Assembly: GCA_001029715.1 (NCBI GenBank) | Contig: CP011212.1 | Span: 769,066-833,065, forward strand | From: a candidate division TM6 bacterium GW2011_GWF2_28_16 | Lineage (GTDB): Bacteria > Patescibacteriota > Microgenomatia > UBA1400 > PJMF01 | Length of the DNA: 64,000 nucleotides | Direction of reading: 5' to 3' | Shown: positions 1-9,909 of the stretch, piece after piece | Numbering within the stretch: position 1 is the stretch's first letter | Layout of the letters: each line of letters begins with the position of its first letter | Program-made: the position numbers and the translations under genes | Notes under the pieces: generated by a model | What the model saw: only the letters and a program-made list of their open reading frames with translations | Told to the model about the DNA's origin: nothing | The model's database searches: none

Positions 1-441
1 GCTGAATTAACGGATAAAAATAGCTTGCGTTTTGCTCTTGGTGTTGGCTCTCCAGAGAACATCGTTCGTCTCTTCTTTATGGGTTATCAATTTTTTGATT
101 GCGTCCTACCAACTAGAGATGCTCGCCATCAAAGACTCTACATTTTTAAAATCAATCCAAAAATTTTAGACCGCAAAACTCTCGAAAAAATGACTGCAGA
201 AAATCGTCTTGATGAAGTCTTTGGACATCTTTATATTGGCAAAGGCCAATTCGACAGTTCAAACGAAGCGATTAGCGATTTTTGCGATTGCCCAACTTGC
301 CAAAAAACCGCTGGAACACCTCAAGTTAGCAAGGCCTATCTCCATCATCTTTTCAAAATCGGCGACGGCAGTGCTTTTCGCTTGGCAAGTTTACATAATT
401 TGCGAACCTATAGTCGATTAATGGAAGTTTTGCGTCACTAA
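1..441 (+). CDS. tgt: queuine tRNA-ribosyltransferase, C-terminal fragment; the reading frame is open from nt 1, so the gene starts before the window
   Basis: 'FDCVLPTRDAR' active-site region and zinc motif 'CDCPTC...YLHHL' typical of the Tgt C-terminus. No stop codon in frame from position 1. Confidence 0.7.
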   Translation, partial: AELTDKNSLRFALGVGSPENIVRLFFMGYQFFDCVLPTRDARHQRLYIFKINPKILDRKTLEKMTAENRLDEVFGHLYIGKGQFDSSNEAISDFCDCPTCQKTAGTPQVSKAYLHHLFKIGDGSAFRLASLHNLRTYSRLMEVLRH

Positions 442-666
442 ATATCCTTCATTTGCGATAGCTTTTACAAGTTGCTCTTTACTGACCTTTTTATCATCAT
501 ATTCAATCTCAACTTGTGCTTTTGCATAACTCGTCTTAGAACTAAGCACTCCATCAATTTCTTCCAGTGCAAAATCAATATTCATGGCACAACTAGGACA
601 ATGCATTCCTTTTATATTAAAGATTGCTTCAGCACCCTGTGATTTTTTCTTAGAAAAATTAAACAT
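418..666 (-). CDS. copZ: heavy-metal-associated (HMA) copper chaperone
   Basis: 82 aa with the metal-binding motif 'GMHCPSC' (MxCxxC) in a ferredoxin-like HMA fold. Adjacent to copA. Confidence 0.75.
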   Translation of the reverse strand: MFNFSKKKSQGAEAIFNIKGMHCPSCAMNIDFALEEIDGVLSSKTSYAKAQVEIEYDDKKVSKEQLVKAIANEGYLVTQNFH

Positions 667-667
667 A

Positions 668-1702
668 TTAAATTACCTCCAATATTCCAGTATACATGCC
701 CATTGAGCAAGTAAATGAATATCTGCCCTTTTTAGTCGGAGTAAAGGTCACTGTCTGACTATCATTTGGACCTAGCTGCATACTTATATTAAATGCTTTT
801 AAAATAAAAGAACTGGCACAAGTATAGACATTTTTAGTTTGTAAGGTTAACTGAACCGGAATACCTGCTTTGACTTGTAATCTGTTTGGAGAATATCCAT
901 TACTTTTCACTTGAATAAGAATTTGCTGAACTCCATTTTTTGTCCCTATCTGCGAATTAGATTGCTTAGAAGTGATCGATTGAGTCATCTTGCTAAATGT
1001 TACTGGTGCATTCAACACAGTTAAAACACCATTGACGCTACTTAATCCTAGAAAAATTAATATAGCGGCCGCTATTTTCATAAAACTTTGTTTAAAAGCC
1101 TCAGACAACTTGGCGGTAGCAACTCCAACTATAGCGAATAAGGGTAAAGTACCTAAAACAAAGAAAAACATAATCAATGCACCAATCATGGAACTCCCTG
1201 AAGTTATTGCTAAAACTTCCATCGCCTGAGTAACACCGCAAGGAATAAAAATAGTCATCAAGCCCAATATGACAGGAGTAAATAAAGCTTTGCTTCTGGT
1301 CGAGTTTTTAACCATTCGTTGTACAAACTTTGGTGGTTGGAAAACGACATAACGAAAAATAGGATGCAAATCTAACAGGTTTCCTGCAGTCGCCAACATA
1401 AATAAGGCTGCTATGCTTTGGAAAATAAGACGAACTGTCAAACTTAGTTCTACCTTAGAACCCAGCCAACCGAGGAAAAACCCTAGTAATACATGAGCTA
1501 CTAATTTTGCTAATAAAAATAAGCTCACTGGTAACCAATCTAACTGATCAAAAGATTTTGGCGAATTATTTTTTTTAACATTACTCTTAAGTTCATCTTC
1601 TTTTTGATTAGCAATAATGCTCGCCAATAATCCGCCCTGCATTGCTAAGCACGACAATCCTCCACTGGTTAGTCCTGTTAAAAAAACTGCCCACAAGTTC
1701 AT
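668..1702 (-). CDS. polytopic membrane protein with a C-terminal cupredoxin-like (CopC/EfeO-like) domain; probable copper-handling protein
   Basis: Multiple hydrophobic helices. C-terminal ~100 aa are beta-rich with a '[12 protein letters not shown]' copper-site-like motif. Sits between copA and copZ. Confidence 0.45.
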   Translation of the reverse strand: MNLWAVFLTGLTSGGLSCLAMQGGLLASIIANQKEDELKSNVKKNNSPKSFDQLDWLPVSLFLLAKLVAHVLLGFFLGWLGSKVELSLTVRLIFQSIAALFMLATAGNLLDLHPIFRYVVFQPPKFVQRMVKNSTRSKALFTPVILGLMTIFIPCGVTQAMEVLAITSGSSMIGALIMFFFVLGTLPLFAIVGVATAKLSEAFKQSFMKIAAAILIFLGLSSVNGVLTVLNAPVTFSKMTQSITSKQSNSQIGTKNGVQQILIQVKSNGYSPNRLQVKAGIPVQLTLQTKNVYTCASSFILKAFNISMQLGPNDSQTVTFTPTKKGRYSFTCSMGMYTGILEVI

Positions 1703-3939
1703 ATTTTCTCCTGTAATTTAATTCTTTTTAATCGCAGCGCATTTAAAACTACCGATACACTTGAAAAGGCCATTGTTCCACCAGCAATGGCTGGACTAAG
1801 TAAAATTCCAAAAAAAGGATATAAGACTCCGGCTGCCACAGGTATGCCAACAATATTGTAGAAAAACGCCCAAAAGAGATTTTGCTTGATCGTTCTCATA
1901 GTAGCTTTTGATAAAACAAAAGCTTCTGGCAATTTAGAAATTCGCCCTCCAAGTAATGTAATGCCAGCGGACTCTATAGCGACATCTGTACCTGTCCCCA
2001 TGGCAATGCCTACTTCTGCTGTCGCTAAAGCTGGAGCATCATTAATACCATCGCCAACCATTGCTACTTTGTAGCCTTTCATTTGGAACTTTTTAATTTC
2101 ATTAGCCTTATCTACTGGTAAAACTTCAGCGATTACTTGATCAACTCCAACTTGATCAGCAATATATTGAGCAGTTCTTTTATTATCTCCAGTTAGCATG
2201 GCCACCTTAATGCCATGCTTATGCAGTAAATCAACTGCTAACCGCGCATCATCTTTAATAGTATCTGCAATAGCAATATAAGCGAGGATTTCTTTACTAT
2301 CCATCAAAATAATTGGCGTCTTACCTTTGGAAGTAAATGAGTCAATAATTTTATTATCAACTTCTAGAACCAAGTCTTCCACTAATTTGAGATTCCCAGC
2401 AAAATATTTTTTGCCATTTATTGTTCCACTTAAACCCTTACCTTCTATTGCAACAAAATCTTCGATTTTTTCTGGTTCTATTTTTTGTTGTCTAGCTTTT
2501 TCTACTATAGCCAAAGCCAATGGATGCTCTGAATGGTTCTCTAGAGAGAATAATAGTTGTAGTATTTTCGATTGAATCCTATCTCCTAAAGGTAGAATGT
2601 CGGTTACTTCTGGCTTACCTTTAGTAAGGGTGCCTGTTTTATCCATCACTATAAAATCCACTGAATTTAATTTTTCTAAATTCTCAGCATTCTTGATTAG
2701 AATGCCATTTTGAGCTGCCTTGCCAACTCCCACAATCACAGCTATCGGCGTTGCTAAACCCATGGCACAGGGACAAGCAATCACAAGAACACCTACAAAA
2801 TTGATAATTCCTAAAGTTAGCGCTTGAGAGAAAGTCATAAACTGCGAACCGATGATAATCCAAAGCAACAAAACCACTATGGAAAAAATTAAAACAATTG
2901 GTACGAATACGGCCGAAACACGGTCTGCCAATCTCTCAATAGGAGCTTTAGAAGCTTGAGCCTCTTCTACCATTTTAATGATTTGAGATAAAACGGTAGC
3001 ACTCCCAACCTGAGTGGCGCGGATCTGCAACGAACCCTGTTTGTTAATTGTTGCTCCAATAACAACATCGCCAACTTTTTTATCAACAGGTAATGATTCA
3101 CCAGTAAGCATCGATTCATCAAATGAAGAACTACCCTCAATAATTTCACCGTCAACGGCAACTTTTTGACCTGGTTTAATGATCAAAATGTCACCTACTT
3201 TGACTTGTTCAATCGGGATCTCTATTTGCTTGCCATTTTTTAGTACAATGGCACTTTTTGCCTGAAGGCCAAGTAACTTCTCTATCGCTTCGCCAGTTTT
3301 AAGCTTGGAACGGGCTTCTAAATATTTGCCAAGGGTAATAAATCCAATCACTACAATAGTTACATCATAATAAGTATGACTTGTGTTCAGATAAGGAGCG
3401 AGCGAAGTAGCAAAAATTGAAACAATAAAACTGTAAACAAATGCCACCGTTGTTCCAATACCTACCAAAGTATCCATGTTGGCAACGCGGTATTTAATAA
3501 ATCGCCAAACACCCTGCAAGTATGGCTCGCCAATGACAAAAAGCGTGTAGGTAGCAAAAAGTGGAAATAAGCGATTAAATAATTCAAGATTCCAGAACAT
3601 CGCCAAAATACTAAATAACATAAATGGAAGAACTATCTGAAAATGTTTTTTAAGCCTAGATAATTCTTTGAGTTTTCTATCATTGGAAGTTTCACCTGAT
3701 AAAATTGGAGTCATCTCATGACTTATGAGCGAATAGCCCAGCTTATCTATTTCTTTATTCATAGCTCCAATAGAAGTTCTATGAGGATCAAAAGTAACTT
3801 TGGCTTTTTGTGTACCATAGTTAACTGCAAGTTTTTCTACACCATCGAGTTTTCCTAACTTTTTCTGAATAATGCTGGCGCAAGATGCGCAATGCATGCC
3901 TGTTATTTCTAAAAATTTTGTTTGATTAACTTTTGGCAT
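1699..3939 (-). CDS. copA: copper-translocating P1B-type ATPase
   Basis: N-terminal HMA 'GMHCASCAS'; transmembrane 'CPC' motif ([11 protein letters not shown]); phosphorylation site 'DKTGTLT'; hinge '[10 protein letters not shown]'. The track ORF extends to 4071 but overlaps the regulator gene. Start placed at the internal Met ('[17 protein letters not shown]'), codon at 3937-3939. Confidence 0.9.
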   Translation of the reverse strand: MPKVNQTKFLEITGMHCASCASIIQKKLGKLDGVEKLAVNYGTQKAKVTFDPHRTSIGAMNKEIDKLGYSLISHEMTPILSGETSNDRKLKELSRLKKHFQIVLPFMLFSILAMFWNLELFNRLFPLFATYTLFVIGEPYLQGVWRFIKYRVANMDTLVGIGTTVAFVYSFIVSIFATSLAPYLNTSHTYYDVTIVVIGFITLGKYLEARSKLKTGEAIEKLLGLQAKSAIVLKNGKQIEIPIEQVKVGDILIIKPGQKVAVDGEIIEGSSSFDESMLTGESLPVDKKVGDVVIGATINKQGSLQIRATQVGSATVLSQIIKMVEEAQASKAPIERLADRVSAVFVPIVLIFSIVVLLLWIIIGSQFMTFSQALTLGIINFVGVLVIACPCAMGLATPIAVIVGVGKAAQNGILIKNAENLEKLNSVDFIVMDKTGTLTKGKPEVTDILPLGDRIQSKILQLLFSLENHSEHPLALAIVEKARQQKIEPEKIEDFVAIEGKGLSGTINGKKYFAGNLKLVEDLVLEVDNKIIDSFTSKGKTPIILMDSKEILAYIAIADTIKDDARLAVDLLHKHGIKVAMLTGDNKRTAQYIADQVGVDQVIAEVLPVDKANEIKKFQMKGYKVAMVGDGINDAPALATAEVGIAMGTGTDVAIESAGITLLGGRISKLPEAFVLSKATMRTIKQNLFWAFFYNIVGIPVAAGVLYPFFGILLSPAIAGGTMAFSSVSVVLNALRLKRIKLQEKI

Positions 3940-4411
3940 ATTTTTTTGGATTTTCTTGAAACTTCTTGAGACAACCACTAGCACAAAAATAATAATCATG
4001 ATCTTTGTGTTTAGTACTGTAATTGGCCGTTTTAGGTGATAAACGCATCTTGCAAACCGGATCGTGAACAAGAGGAAGTAAATCTTTCATTGCCAAAGTT
4101 AATTCATCAGCTATTTCTAACCCTCGATTTTGATCAATTAACACTTCGCGAAGTAAATCACTTGCTTTAATTATTTTTGGATCAGCCAATTTATATATAA
4201 TCTGCTTGCCTTCTCTTTTAGCAACAACTATGCCAGCATCGCGAAGTAACATTAAATGTTGACTAATATTAGCTTGTGGTAAATCAAGCATTTCATAAAT
4301 ATCAGAAACACAGAGCTCTTGCTCTCTCAACAAATTAACAATTTCAAGTCTTCTAGGATGAGCAAGTGCCTTAAGTAAATCAGCGTGAAGTGCAAACATT
4401 TGTCCATACAT
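3926..4411 (-). CDS. ArsR/SmtB-family transcriptional repressor fused to a C-terminal YHS/TRASH-like metal-binding domain
   Basis: Winged-helix core ('[13 protein letters not shown]...[28 protein letters not shown]') and C-terminal '[12 protein letters not shown]' YHS-type motif. Divergently and closely placed relative to the cop genes. Confidence 0.65.
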   Translation of the reverse strand: MYGQMFALHADLLKALAHPRRLEIVNLLREQELCVSDIYEMLDLPQANISQHLMLLRDAGIVVAKREGKQIIYKLADPKIIKASDLLREVLIDQNRGLEIADELTLAMKDLLPLVHDPVCKMRLSPKTANYSTKHKDHDYYFCASGCLKKFQENPKKYAKS

Positions 4412-4504
4412 ATTCTAATATTAGAATATGTATCAGAAAAAAAGTCAAGCTACAAAACTTTGATTTGTAGCTTTCTTGTAACCTTTCTTAATTACAATGA
4501 GCTT

Positions 4505-5215
4505 GTGACAAAAGAAAAAATAAACATAAATCATGCAATCAAAGATTTAGCTCTGCGCTATCGGCCGAGAGAAAAGGTTAAACGTTTTGGTCTTAAAGCC
4601 CTAAGCAATCAAGAACTTCTTGCCTTAATTATTGGTAGCGGTCAGAAAAATTGCAACGCTTTGGAACTGGCCAAAAAGGTCGAAAGATGTCTTCTAACTG
4701 ACGAAAAGCTTGAAAAAAAGATTAAAACGAAAAAAGATCTCTCCCAAATTTTTGGTATTGGCGAAATCTTGGCCAATAAAATTCTAGCTAGCTTAGAGTT
4801 GGGCCAACGCCTATCTAAAGAACAAAAACAGAAACAAATCAGCAATCCAAAGAAGATTTTTGAATTATCTGCAGAACTCTATGATAAAAAGCAAGAATAT
4901 TGCTTGGCTTTTTCTTTTAATGGCAGACAAGAATTATTAAGTAGAAGGACCATCGCCATTGGTGGACTCAATTATAATTTTCTTGAACCAAGAAATATTT
5001 TTGAACCAGCTTTTAGTCTAGGAGCCAGCAGTTTCATCTTAGTACACAATCACCCTTCTGGAAATTTAGAACCATCCGACGATGATTTACTTTTGACAGA
5101 AAAAGTTGCCAAAATTGCTGATTTGATGGGCGTTAAATTATTGGACCATCTTATTATTGGTAAAAACAACTTTTATTCAATCAGAGAGCATTTTGCTGAA
5201 TTATTAGTTATTTAA
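4505..5215 (+). CDS. radC: RadC-like JAB-domain protein (UPF0758)
   Basis: N-terminal helix-hairpin-helix region 'LSNQELLALIIGSG...IFGIGEILANKI' and JAB metalloprotease motif 'HNHPSGNLEPSDDD'. The track ORF starts at 4385; the first 40 codons look non-native. In-frame GTG at 4505 proposed; start uncertain. Confidence 0.7.
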   Translation: MTKEKININHAIKDLALRYRPREKVKRFGLKALSNQELLALIIGSGQKNCNALELAKKVERCLLTDEKLEKKIKTKKDLSQIFGIGEILANKILASLELGQRLSKEQKQKQISNPKKIFELSAELYDKKQEYCLAFSFNGRQELLSRRTIAIGGLNYNFLEPRNIFEPAFSLGASSFILVHNHPSGNLEPSDDDLLLTEKVAKIADLMGVKLLDHLIIGKNNFYSIREHFAELLVI

Positions 5216-5217
5216 AT

Positions 5218-6669
5218 TCAACGTTTAATTAACACAGAGCCAGCCTGATCAATTAATTGATAGCCAACTTTAGCGAATTCTTGGCGAATTTGATCGGCTT
5301 TGGCAAAATCTTTATCGCTGCGAGCAGCTTCTCTTTCAGCAAAAAGCTTCTGTAGCGAATCTGGTAAATCCTCAAGCGATAAAATTTCTTGATTGTTTGA
5401 GGATAAATCTTTTTCGCTCATGGAAATTAAACCCAAACCTAAAACTCGGTCAAACTCAAGCAAAAGAAAATATTTTTGGCGATCGCTTAGATCACTTTTT
5501 AGAACTTGCCATAGAACTGTTACAGCTTCTGGCGTATTGAGGTCATCTTCAACAAAAGCAAAAAATTGCTTGGAAAATTTTTCTGTTTCTCGATTATCTT
5601 CTTGATCGTCTGCGTCATCGCGATGATTTTTTTTGATCGTTAAATAAGCTTGCAAAAGTTTTTCAAAGGCAGTCTGACTCGCTTCTAAGCTATGAAAAGT
5701 GAAGTTTTGTTCACTACGGTAATGGCTACTTAAGAAAAGCAAGCGCAAAGCCGCTGGAGAAAAACCCCTTTTAATAATGTCATCAATGGTATAAAAATTG
5801 CCAAGAGATTTACTCATTTTTTCGCCATCAACTCGTAAAAAATTGTGATGAACCCAAAATCTAGCAAAAGGCTTTTTACCAGTAAAAGTTTCTGATTGAG
5901 CAATTTCATTGGCGTGATGGACAGCAATATGGTCAATTCCGCCGGTATGAATATCTATTTGTGGACCAAGATGCTCAATGCTCATGGCACTACATTCGAC
6001 GTGCCAACCCGGAAAACTGCGAGCTGACCAAGGACTTGGCCAGATCATTTGGCGATTTTCGCCTGGTTTTTCAAATTTCCAAAGAGCAAAATCTGTGGGA
6101 TTTTTCTTGCCAGCTACCTCCCCCATTCTACTTTCGTGAGGAGTATTGCGTGGATCATAACCGCTTAATTCGCCATACTTCTCTAGCTTAGAAGTATCAA
6201 AATAAACGCCATCCCCTTCAATAATGTAGGTAAAACCCTTCTTTTCTAAATCCAAAACCATTTCCAGCTGACTCTGGATGTGTTCTGTAGCGCGACAACT
6301 TAGAGTTGGTCGTAAAATCCCCATCTTATCCATACTGTAGAAAAAATAATCTTCAAATTTTCTGGCAATTTCTCTTGCAGATTGACCGTATTTACGAGCT
6401 CCCTTCTCCATCTTATCTTCGCCCTCATCATCATCAGAAACCAAATGTCCAACATCAGTAATATTTTGTACATGTCTTACATCATAATTGAGATGACGTA
6501 ACACTCTTACTAAAACATCATCCATAACGTATTTGCGCAAATGACCGATGTGAGAATAATCATAAACAGTCGGACCACAAGCATACATATTGACTTGCTT
6601 TGGATCATCTTGCGAAATCGAATCAAATTCTTCGACTTTTTTGGAAAGAGTGTTATAAAGTTTCATCAC
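5218..6669 (-). CDS. cysS: cysteinyl-tRNA synthetase
   Basis: Class I motifs 'HIGH' (YSHIGHLR) and 'KMSKS' (KMSKSLGN); Cys-binding 'MYACGPTVYD' N-terminus. Confidence 0.9.
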   Translation of the reverse strand: MMKLYNTLSKKVEEFDSISQDDPKQVNMYACGPTVYDYSHIGHLRKYVMDDVLVRVLRHLNYDVRHVQNITDVGHLVSDDDEGEDKMEKGARKYGQSAREIARKFEDYFFYSMDKMGILRPTLSCRATEHIQSQLEMVLDLEKKGFTYIIEGDGVYFDTSKLEKYGELSGYDPRNTPHESRMGEVAGKKNPTDFALWKFEKPGENRQMIWPSPWSARSFPGWHVECSAMSIEHLGPQIDIHTGGIDHIAVHHANEIAQSETFTGKKPFARFWVHHNFLRVDGEKMSKSLGNFYTIDDIIKRGFSPAALRLLFLSSHYRSEQNFTFHSLEASQTAFEKLLQAYLTIKKNHRDDADDQEDNRETEKFSKQFFAFVEDDLNTPEAVTVLWQVLKSDLSDRQKYFLLLEFDRVLGLGLISMSEKDLSSNNQEILSLEDLPDSLQKLFAEREAARSDKDFAKADQIRQEFAKVGYQLIDQAGSVLIKR

Positions 6670-6703
6670 TATGGTCTATTGTAGCTTGAGTGCTAGGGTT
6701 TGA

Positions 6704-7372
6704 CTAGCCATCGCCCTGAGTCATTTGCGTTCTTCTATTTTGCAGTAATTGAGAGGTTTGTTGTTTCTTACTGCCACTTAAGCCAACTGGACCTTTTTTA
6801 GGGCTACTAGGAGGAGCAATGCTCTGTTCTTCAGCTTCCTTTTCTTCCTTTTCTTTCTTTTCCTGTTCTTCCTGCTGCTCTTTTTGTTTTTTCTGCTGTT
6901 CTTCTTGATATTTCTGTTGTACAAAAGACTGTTCTTCTTGAGTTAACTTTTGCCAATTTTGAGCAACTTTTTGTTTTTTTTGTTTTTTTTCTGGCGAATC
7001 TCCAGGATTAATACCAAGAAGTGCATTGAGATCAAAAAAGGATTTAGCAGTGTCTAAGATATCTTTGACTGGACGCTTAATTAATTCTTCACCTAAATTA
7101 GTCACCTCTCTGGGTGGTGTTTGCTGCTTGGCAACTTCATTAGAGGCCAAAGGTGTTTGTCCAGCACCTGCGGCAGCGGCTTGCTGTTTGGCCACACCCT
7201 GCTGACCCAAAACAGATGATTGTTGAGCAGCTTGTTTTTGAGCGGCGGCGGCAGCCGCCGCACCAGAATCTTCATGCTCATCGCTCATGCCATCACCAAA
7301 ACTTTGACGAAAACCTCCTCCTGGACGCATTTGTGGTTTTGCTCCTGCTCCTGGTGCTCCCAATCCTGGCAT
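6704..7372 (-). CDS. hypothetical low-complexity protein (Gly/Ala/Gln-rich N-terminus, Lys/Glu/Gln-rich C-terminus); probably disordered
   Basis: Uninterrupted 222-aa ORF with strong compositional bias (poly-A, QQ, KEEQ runs); no recognisable catalytic motif. Confidence 0.4.
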   Translation of the reverse strand: MPGLGAPGAGAKPQMRPGGGFRQSFGDGMSDEHEDSGAAAAAAAQKQAAQQSSVLGQQGVAKQQAAAAGAGQTPLASNEVAKQQTPPREVTNLGEELIKRPVKDILDTAKSFFDLNALLGINPGDSPEKKQKKQKVAQNWQKLTQEEQSFVQQKYQEEQQKKQKEQQEEQEKKEKEEKEAEEQSIAPPSSPKKGPVGLSGSKKQQTSQLLQNRRTQMTQGDG

Positions 7373-7409
7373 AAAATTATTTCCCGTTATTTCAAAATTA
7401 TTAAATAAA

Positions 7410-7787
7410 TTATGAATCTAAATGTTTTAATTGAAAAATACGCCTGCTTCTTTCTTCTAATCTTTTAGCCTCTGAATCAGCGTCGTTAGCTTCTTTTTGA
7501 CTAAGTCTAGCTTGATATTGAGGAGTATCTTTTAGCTCTGTCTGCATTTTGGCTAATTGTTCTTCTATTTTAATTTGATCTTCGGCAGCTTTGGCTTTTT
7601 GTAATTCGGCAATTTCTTCTGCACTGGGACCCTTTTCCTCTTCTACAACTGCAATTGGAGGAACTTCTCCAGCTACTCCTGATGTTTGATCATTAGAAGG
7701 AACAACAGAACCATCGCTTCCAGCTTGGTTTTTTTGATCACTAAGTAATTGCTGTAATGCGGCCAATGGATCTTGATTGTCTGCCAT
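7410..7787 (-). CDS. hypothetical acidic coiled-coil protein
   Basis: 125-aa ORF, Glu/Lys-rich with heptad-like segments; no motif recognised. Confidence 0.35.
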   Translation of the reverse strand: MADNQDPLAALQQLLSDQKNQAGSDGSVVPSNDQTSGVAGEVPPIAVVEEEKGPSAEEIAELQKAKAAEDQIKIEEQLAKMQTELKDTPQYQARLSQKEANDADSEAKRLEERSRRIFQLKHLDS

Positions 7788-7846
7788 AGCACTATGTTAG
7801 CAGAAAAAAGTGAATAAGAACAAGACCTTGCGCTTGAGCAATAAAA

Positions 7847-8212
7847 TTAAACCAAACTCAGTGGCTGATTCTTGCTCAAACGACGATAATCTGTCTTTTT
7901 TTCCTTGGTTTTGCGCATTTTCCGCAACGCAGCGCTAGTTGCATCAACGATGGCATCGTAAAAATCATAACCATCTATTTCAACCCATAAATCCTTACCT
8001 GGCACCTCAATTTTATATTTAACACAAACTTTTTTAGAATCAGTTGGTTTTTTGGTTCCTTGTTCTAAATAAACAGTCACTTTGCTGACCTTCAAATCTT
8101 TCAGCTTATTCAGCTTGCGGCTTTGTCTTTGGATAAACTCGCGTAAAGCTCTTGTTAATTTGAGACTTTTGGCTTGAACAATAATGTCCATCGCTATCCT
8201 TTCAACCTTCAT
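7847..8212 (-). CDS. hpf: ribosome hibernation promoting factor / ribosome-associated inhibitor A family protein
   Basis: 121 aa. N-terminal beta-alpha-beta-beta-beta-alpha pattern 'MDIIVQAKSLKLTRALREFI...KVTVYLEQ...KVCVKYKIEVPGKDLWVEIDGYDFYDAIVDATSAALRKMRK' typical of the RaiA/HPF (sigma-54 modulation protein) fold. Confidence 0.7.
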   Translation of the reverse strand: MKVERIAMDIIVQAKSLKLTRALREFIQRQSRKLNKLKDLKVSKVTVYLEQGTKKPTDSKKVCVKYKIEVPGKDLWVEIDGYDFYDAIVDATSAALRKMRKTKEKKTDYRRLSKNQPLSLV

Positions 8213-8350
8213 GTTTCAATAAAGGTCATAATTTTTACAAAAAAAACGACCCCTAAATTAGTGTGACTAATCTTGTGATCGTTAATTTCATCTACATTTC
8301 AGAATAACAAAAAGTGACCAAAAAGTCAAAAAGAAGTACAATTATTAATC

Positions 8351-8551
8351 ATGGAAGAAAAAATAATAATTCCGGTTGATACATCTATTAATGATGGCGA
8401 TCATGAAGATGGAGATAGCTTCATTCTTACAGAAGAGCTTGAGGCCAAAGTAATTGGAGTGTTAGAAGGATCTGGTTCTCTTAGGGTCATTATTCCAAAA
8501 ATTGACCCAGATAGAGTTTTCTTTATTCATCAAGCTCCAAAACAAAATTAG
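8351..8551 (+). CDS. small acidic hypothetical protein (66 aa)
   Basis: ORF only; no motif. Could be non-coding. Confidence 0.2.
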   Translation: MEEKIIIPVDTSINDGDHEDGDSFILTEELEAKVIGVLEGSGSLRVIIPKIDPDRVFFIHQAPKQN

Positions 8552-8557
8552 AAATTA

Positions 8558-9169
8558 TTAGATCTTCCTTCTTCCCTCAAGTGCTCTCGCTAAAGTTACG
8601 CCATCTGCATATTCAATATCTGCTCCAATTGGCAAGCCGTGACCAATGCGAGTGACATTGATGTTATCTTTATTTTTTAAGTTCGAAGTAGCAATCATTT
8701 CTCTGATATAGAGAGCAGTGGCTTCACCTTCCATGGTTGGATTTGTTGCTAAAATTAATTCTTCTACTCCGTCTAAACGTTTTAATAAATCTCTTAAATA
8801 CAATTGGTCTGGTCCAATATTATTAAGTGGAGCGATAGAGCCATGTAAAACATGATAAAGACCGTGAAATTTATCTGATTTTTCAAGTGCCAATAAGTCC
8901 AAAGGTTGCTCCACTACACATAGGATTTTTTCATCACGACTCTGGTCTGCACAAATGGAGCAAGGATCACTTTCAGCAATGTTATGGCAAGCCGAACACA
9001 TAACAGTTTCTCTTTTTAGAGCCAAAAGCTTATCCGCAAAATCTTCCAATTCTGTGACTGGATTGTGCAAAAGATAAAAAACCAAACGCTGTGCTGATCT
9101 TGGACCAACTCCTGGCAAACGTTCAAATTTTTCTACTAGTTGGCGAACCGCTTTTGGTAATCTTTGCAT
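8558..9169 (-). CDS. recR: recombination protein RecR
   Basis: Helix-hairpin-helix 'LPGVGPRSAQRL', C4 zinc finger 'CSACHNIAESDPCSIC', Toprim domain. Confidence 0.9.
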   Translation of the reverse strand: MQRLPKAVRQLVEKFERLPGVGPRSAQRLVFYLLHNPVTELEDFADKLLALKRETVMCSACHNIAESDPCSICADQSRDEKILCVVEQPLDLLALEKSDKFHGLYHVLHGSIAPLNNIGPDQLYLRDLLKRLDGVEELILATNPTMEGEATALYIREMIATSNLKNKDNINVTRIGHGLPIGADIEYADGVTLARALEGRRKI

Positions 9170-9170
9170 C

Positions 9171-9878
9171 TTATTCTTCTATGTAATCAACAGAGATATC
9201 TTCCATTTGATCTTGCCAATCTTTGGTTTTGACTTTTTCTAAAAATATTTTAGTTGAATTCCAAATTTTTTCTTCGACTTCTTGAGCACTGACATTGCCA
9301 TCTATAACTTGCCAACGAGAATTAGAGCCGTTAACTTGCAAGTCCTTTTTGGCAACTTGCAAATAAGCTTGTCTGATTTTTTCATGAAACTCTTTGGCTT
9401 CATAGTCTATGCGATTGGCTCCTTCTTCATTCATGCGTCTTGCTAAACCTACTTCTGTAGGAGCATCAAGTAAAAAAGTAATGTTTGGATAGGTTTTTTT
9501 CGTTGAAATATCATTGAGCTGCTCAATAATATCCACTCCAAAGCCCCTCACCATTCCTTGATAAACTACGCTACTATCTCTGGAACGATCCATAACGACT
9601 ACTTTGCCGAGCTCTAGCGATGGTAGAACAATTTCACGATAAATTTGGGCTCTAGCTGCCTGAAAAAGCAAAACTTCTGTGGTATAAGCCATGCCAACAT
9701 TTTTATTAGATAAGACTACTTCACGAATTTGCTCACTAATAGCCGTGCCACCTGGCTCACGTAGAACCACCACATCTCTACCAGCTTGAATCAGGTGCTC
9801 TTTGAGTCTTACTACCTGAGTAGTTTTACCTACTCCTTCCCCACCTTCAAAAGTAATTAGCAAGCCTTTTCTTTTCAT
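9171..9878 (-). CDS. tmk: thymidylate (dTMP) kinase with a C-terminal extension
   Basis: P-loop 'ITFEGGEGVGKTTQ', DR(Y/H) region and lid motifs. First gene of the nucleotide cluster. Confidence 0.85.
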   Translation of the reverse strand: MKRKGLLITFEGGEGVGKTTQVVRLKEHLIQAGRDVVVLREPGGTAISEQIREVVLSNKNVGMAYTTEVLLFQAARAQIYREIVLPSLELGKVVVMDRSRDSSVVYQGMVRGFGVDIIEQLNDISTKKTYPNITFLLDAPTEVGLARRMNEEGANRIDYEAKEFHEKIRQAYLQVAKKDLQVNGSNSRWQVIDGNVSAQEVEEKIWNSTKIFLEKVKTKDWQDQMEDISVDYIEE

Positions 9879-9909
9879 TTCAAATCCCTTGTCTTAATTT
9901 CTAAATATT

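Noticed and set aside
3940-4071. First 44 codons of the track copA ORF
   Set aside because: They overlap the 3' end of the ArsR/YHS regulator gene on the other strand. An internal Met sits directly before the HMA domain.
4385-4504. N-terminal 40 codons of the track RadC ORF
   Set aside because: The segment '[34 protein letters not shown]' is not RadC-like and overlaps the ArsR gene start region. The conserved RadC N-terminus begins after the in-frame GTG at 4505.
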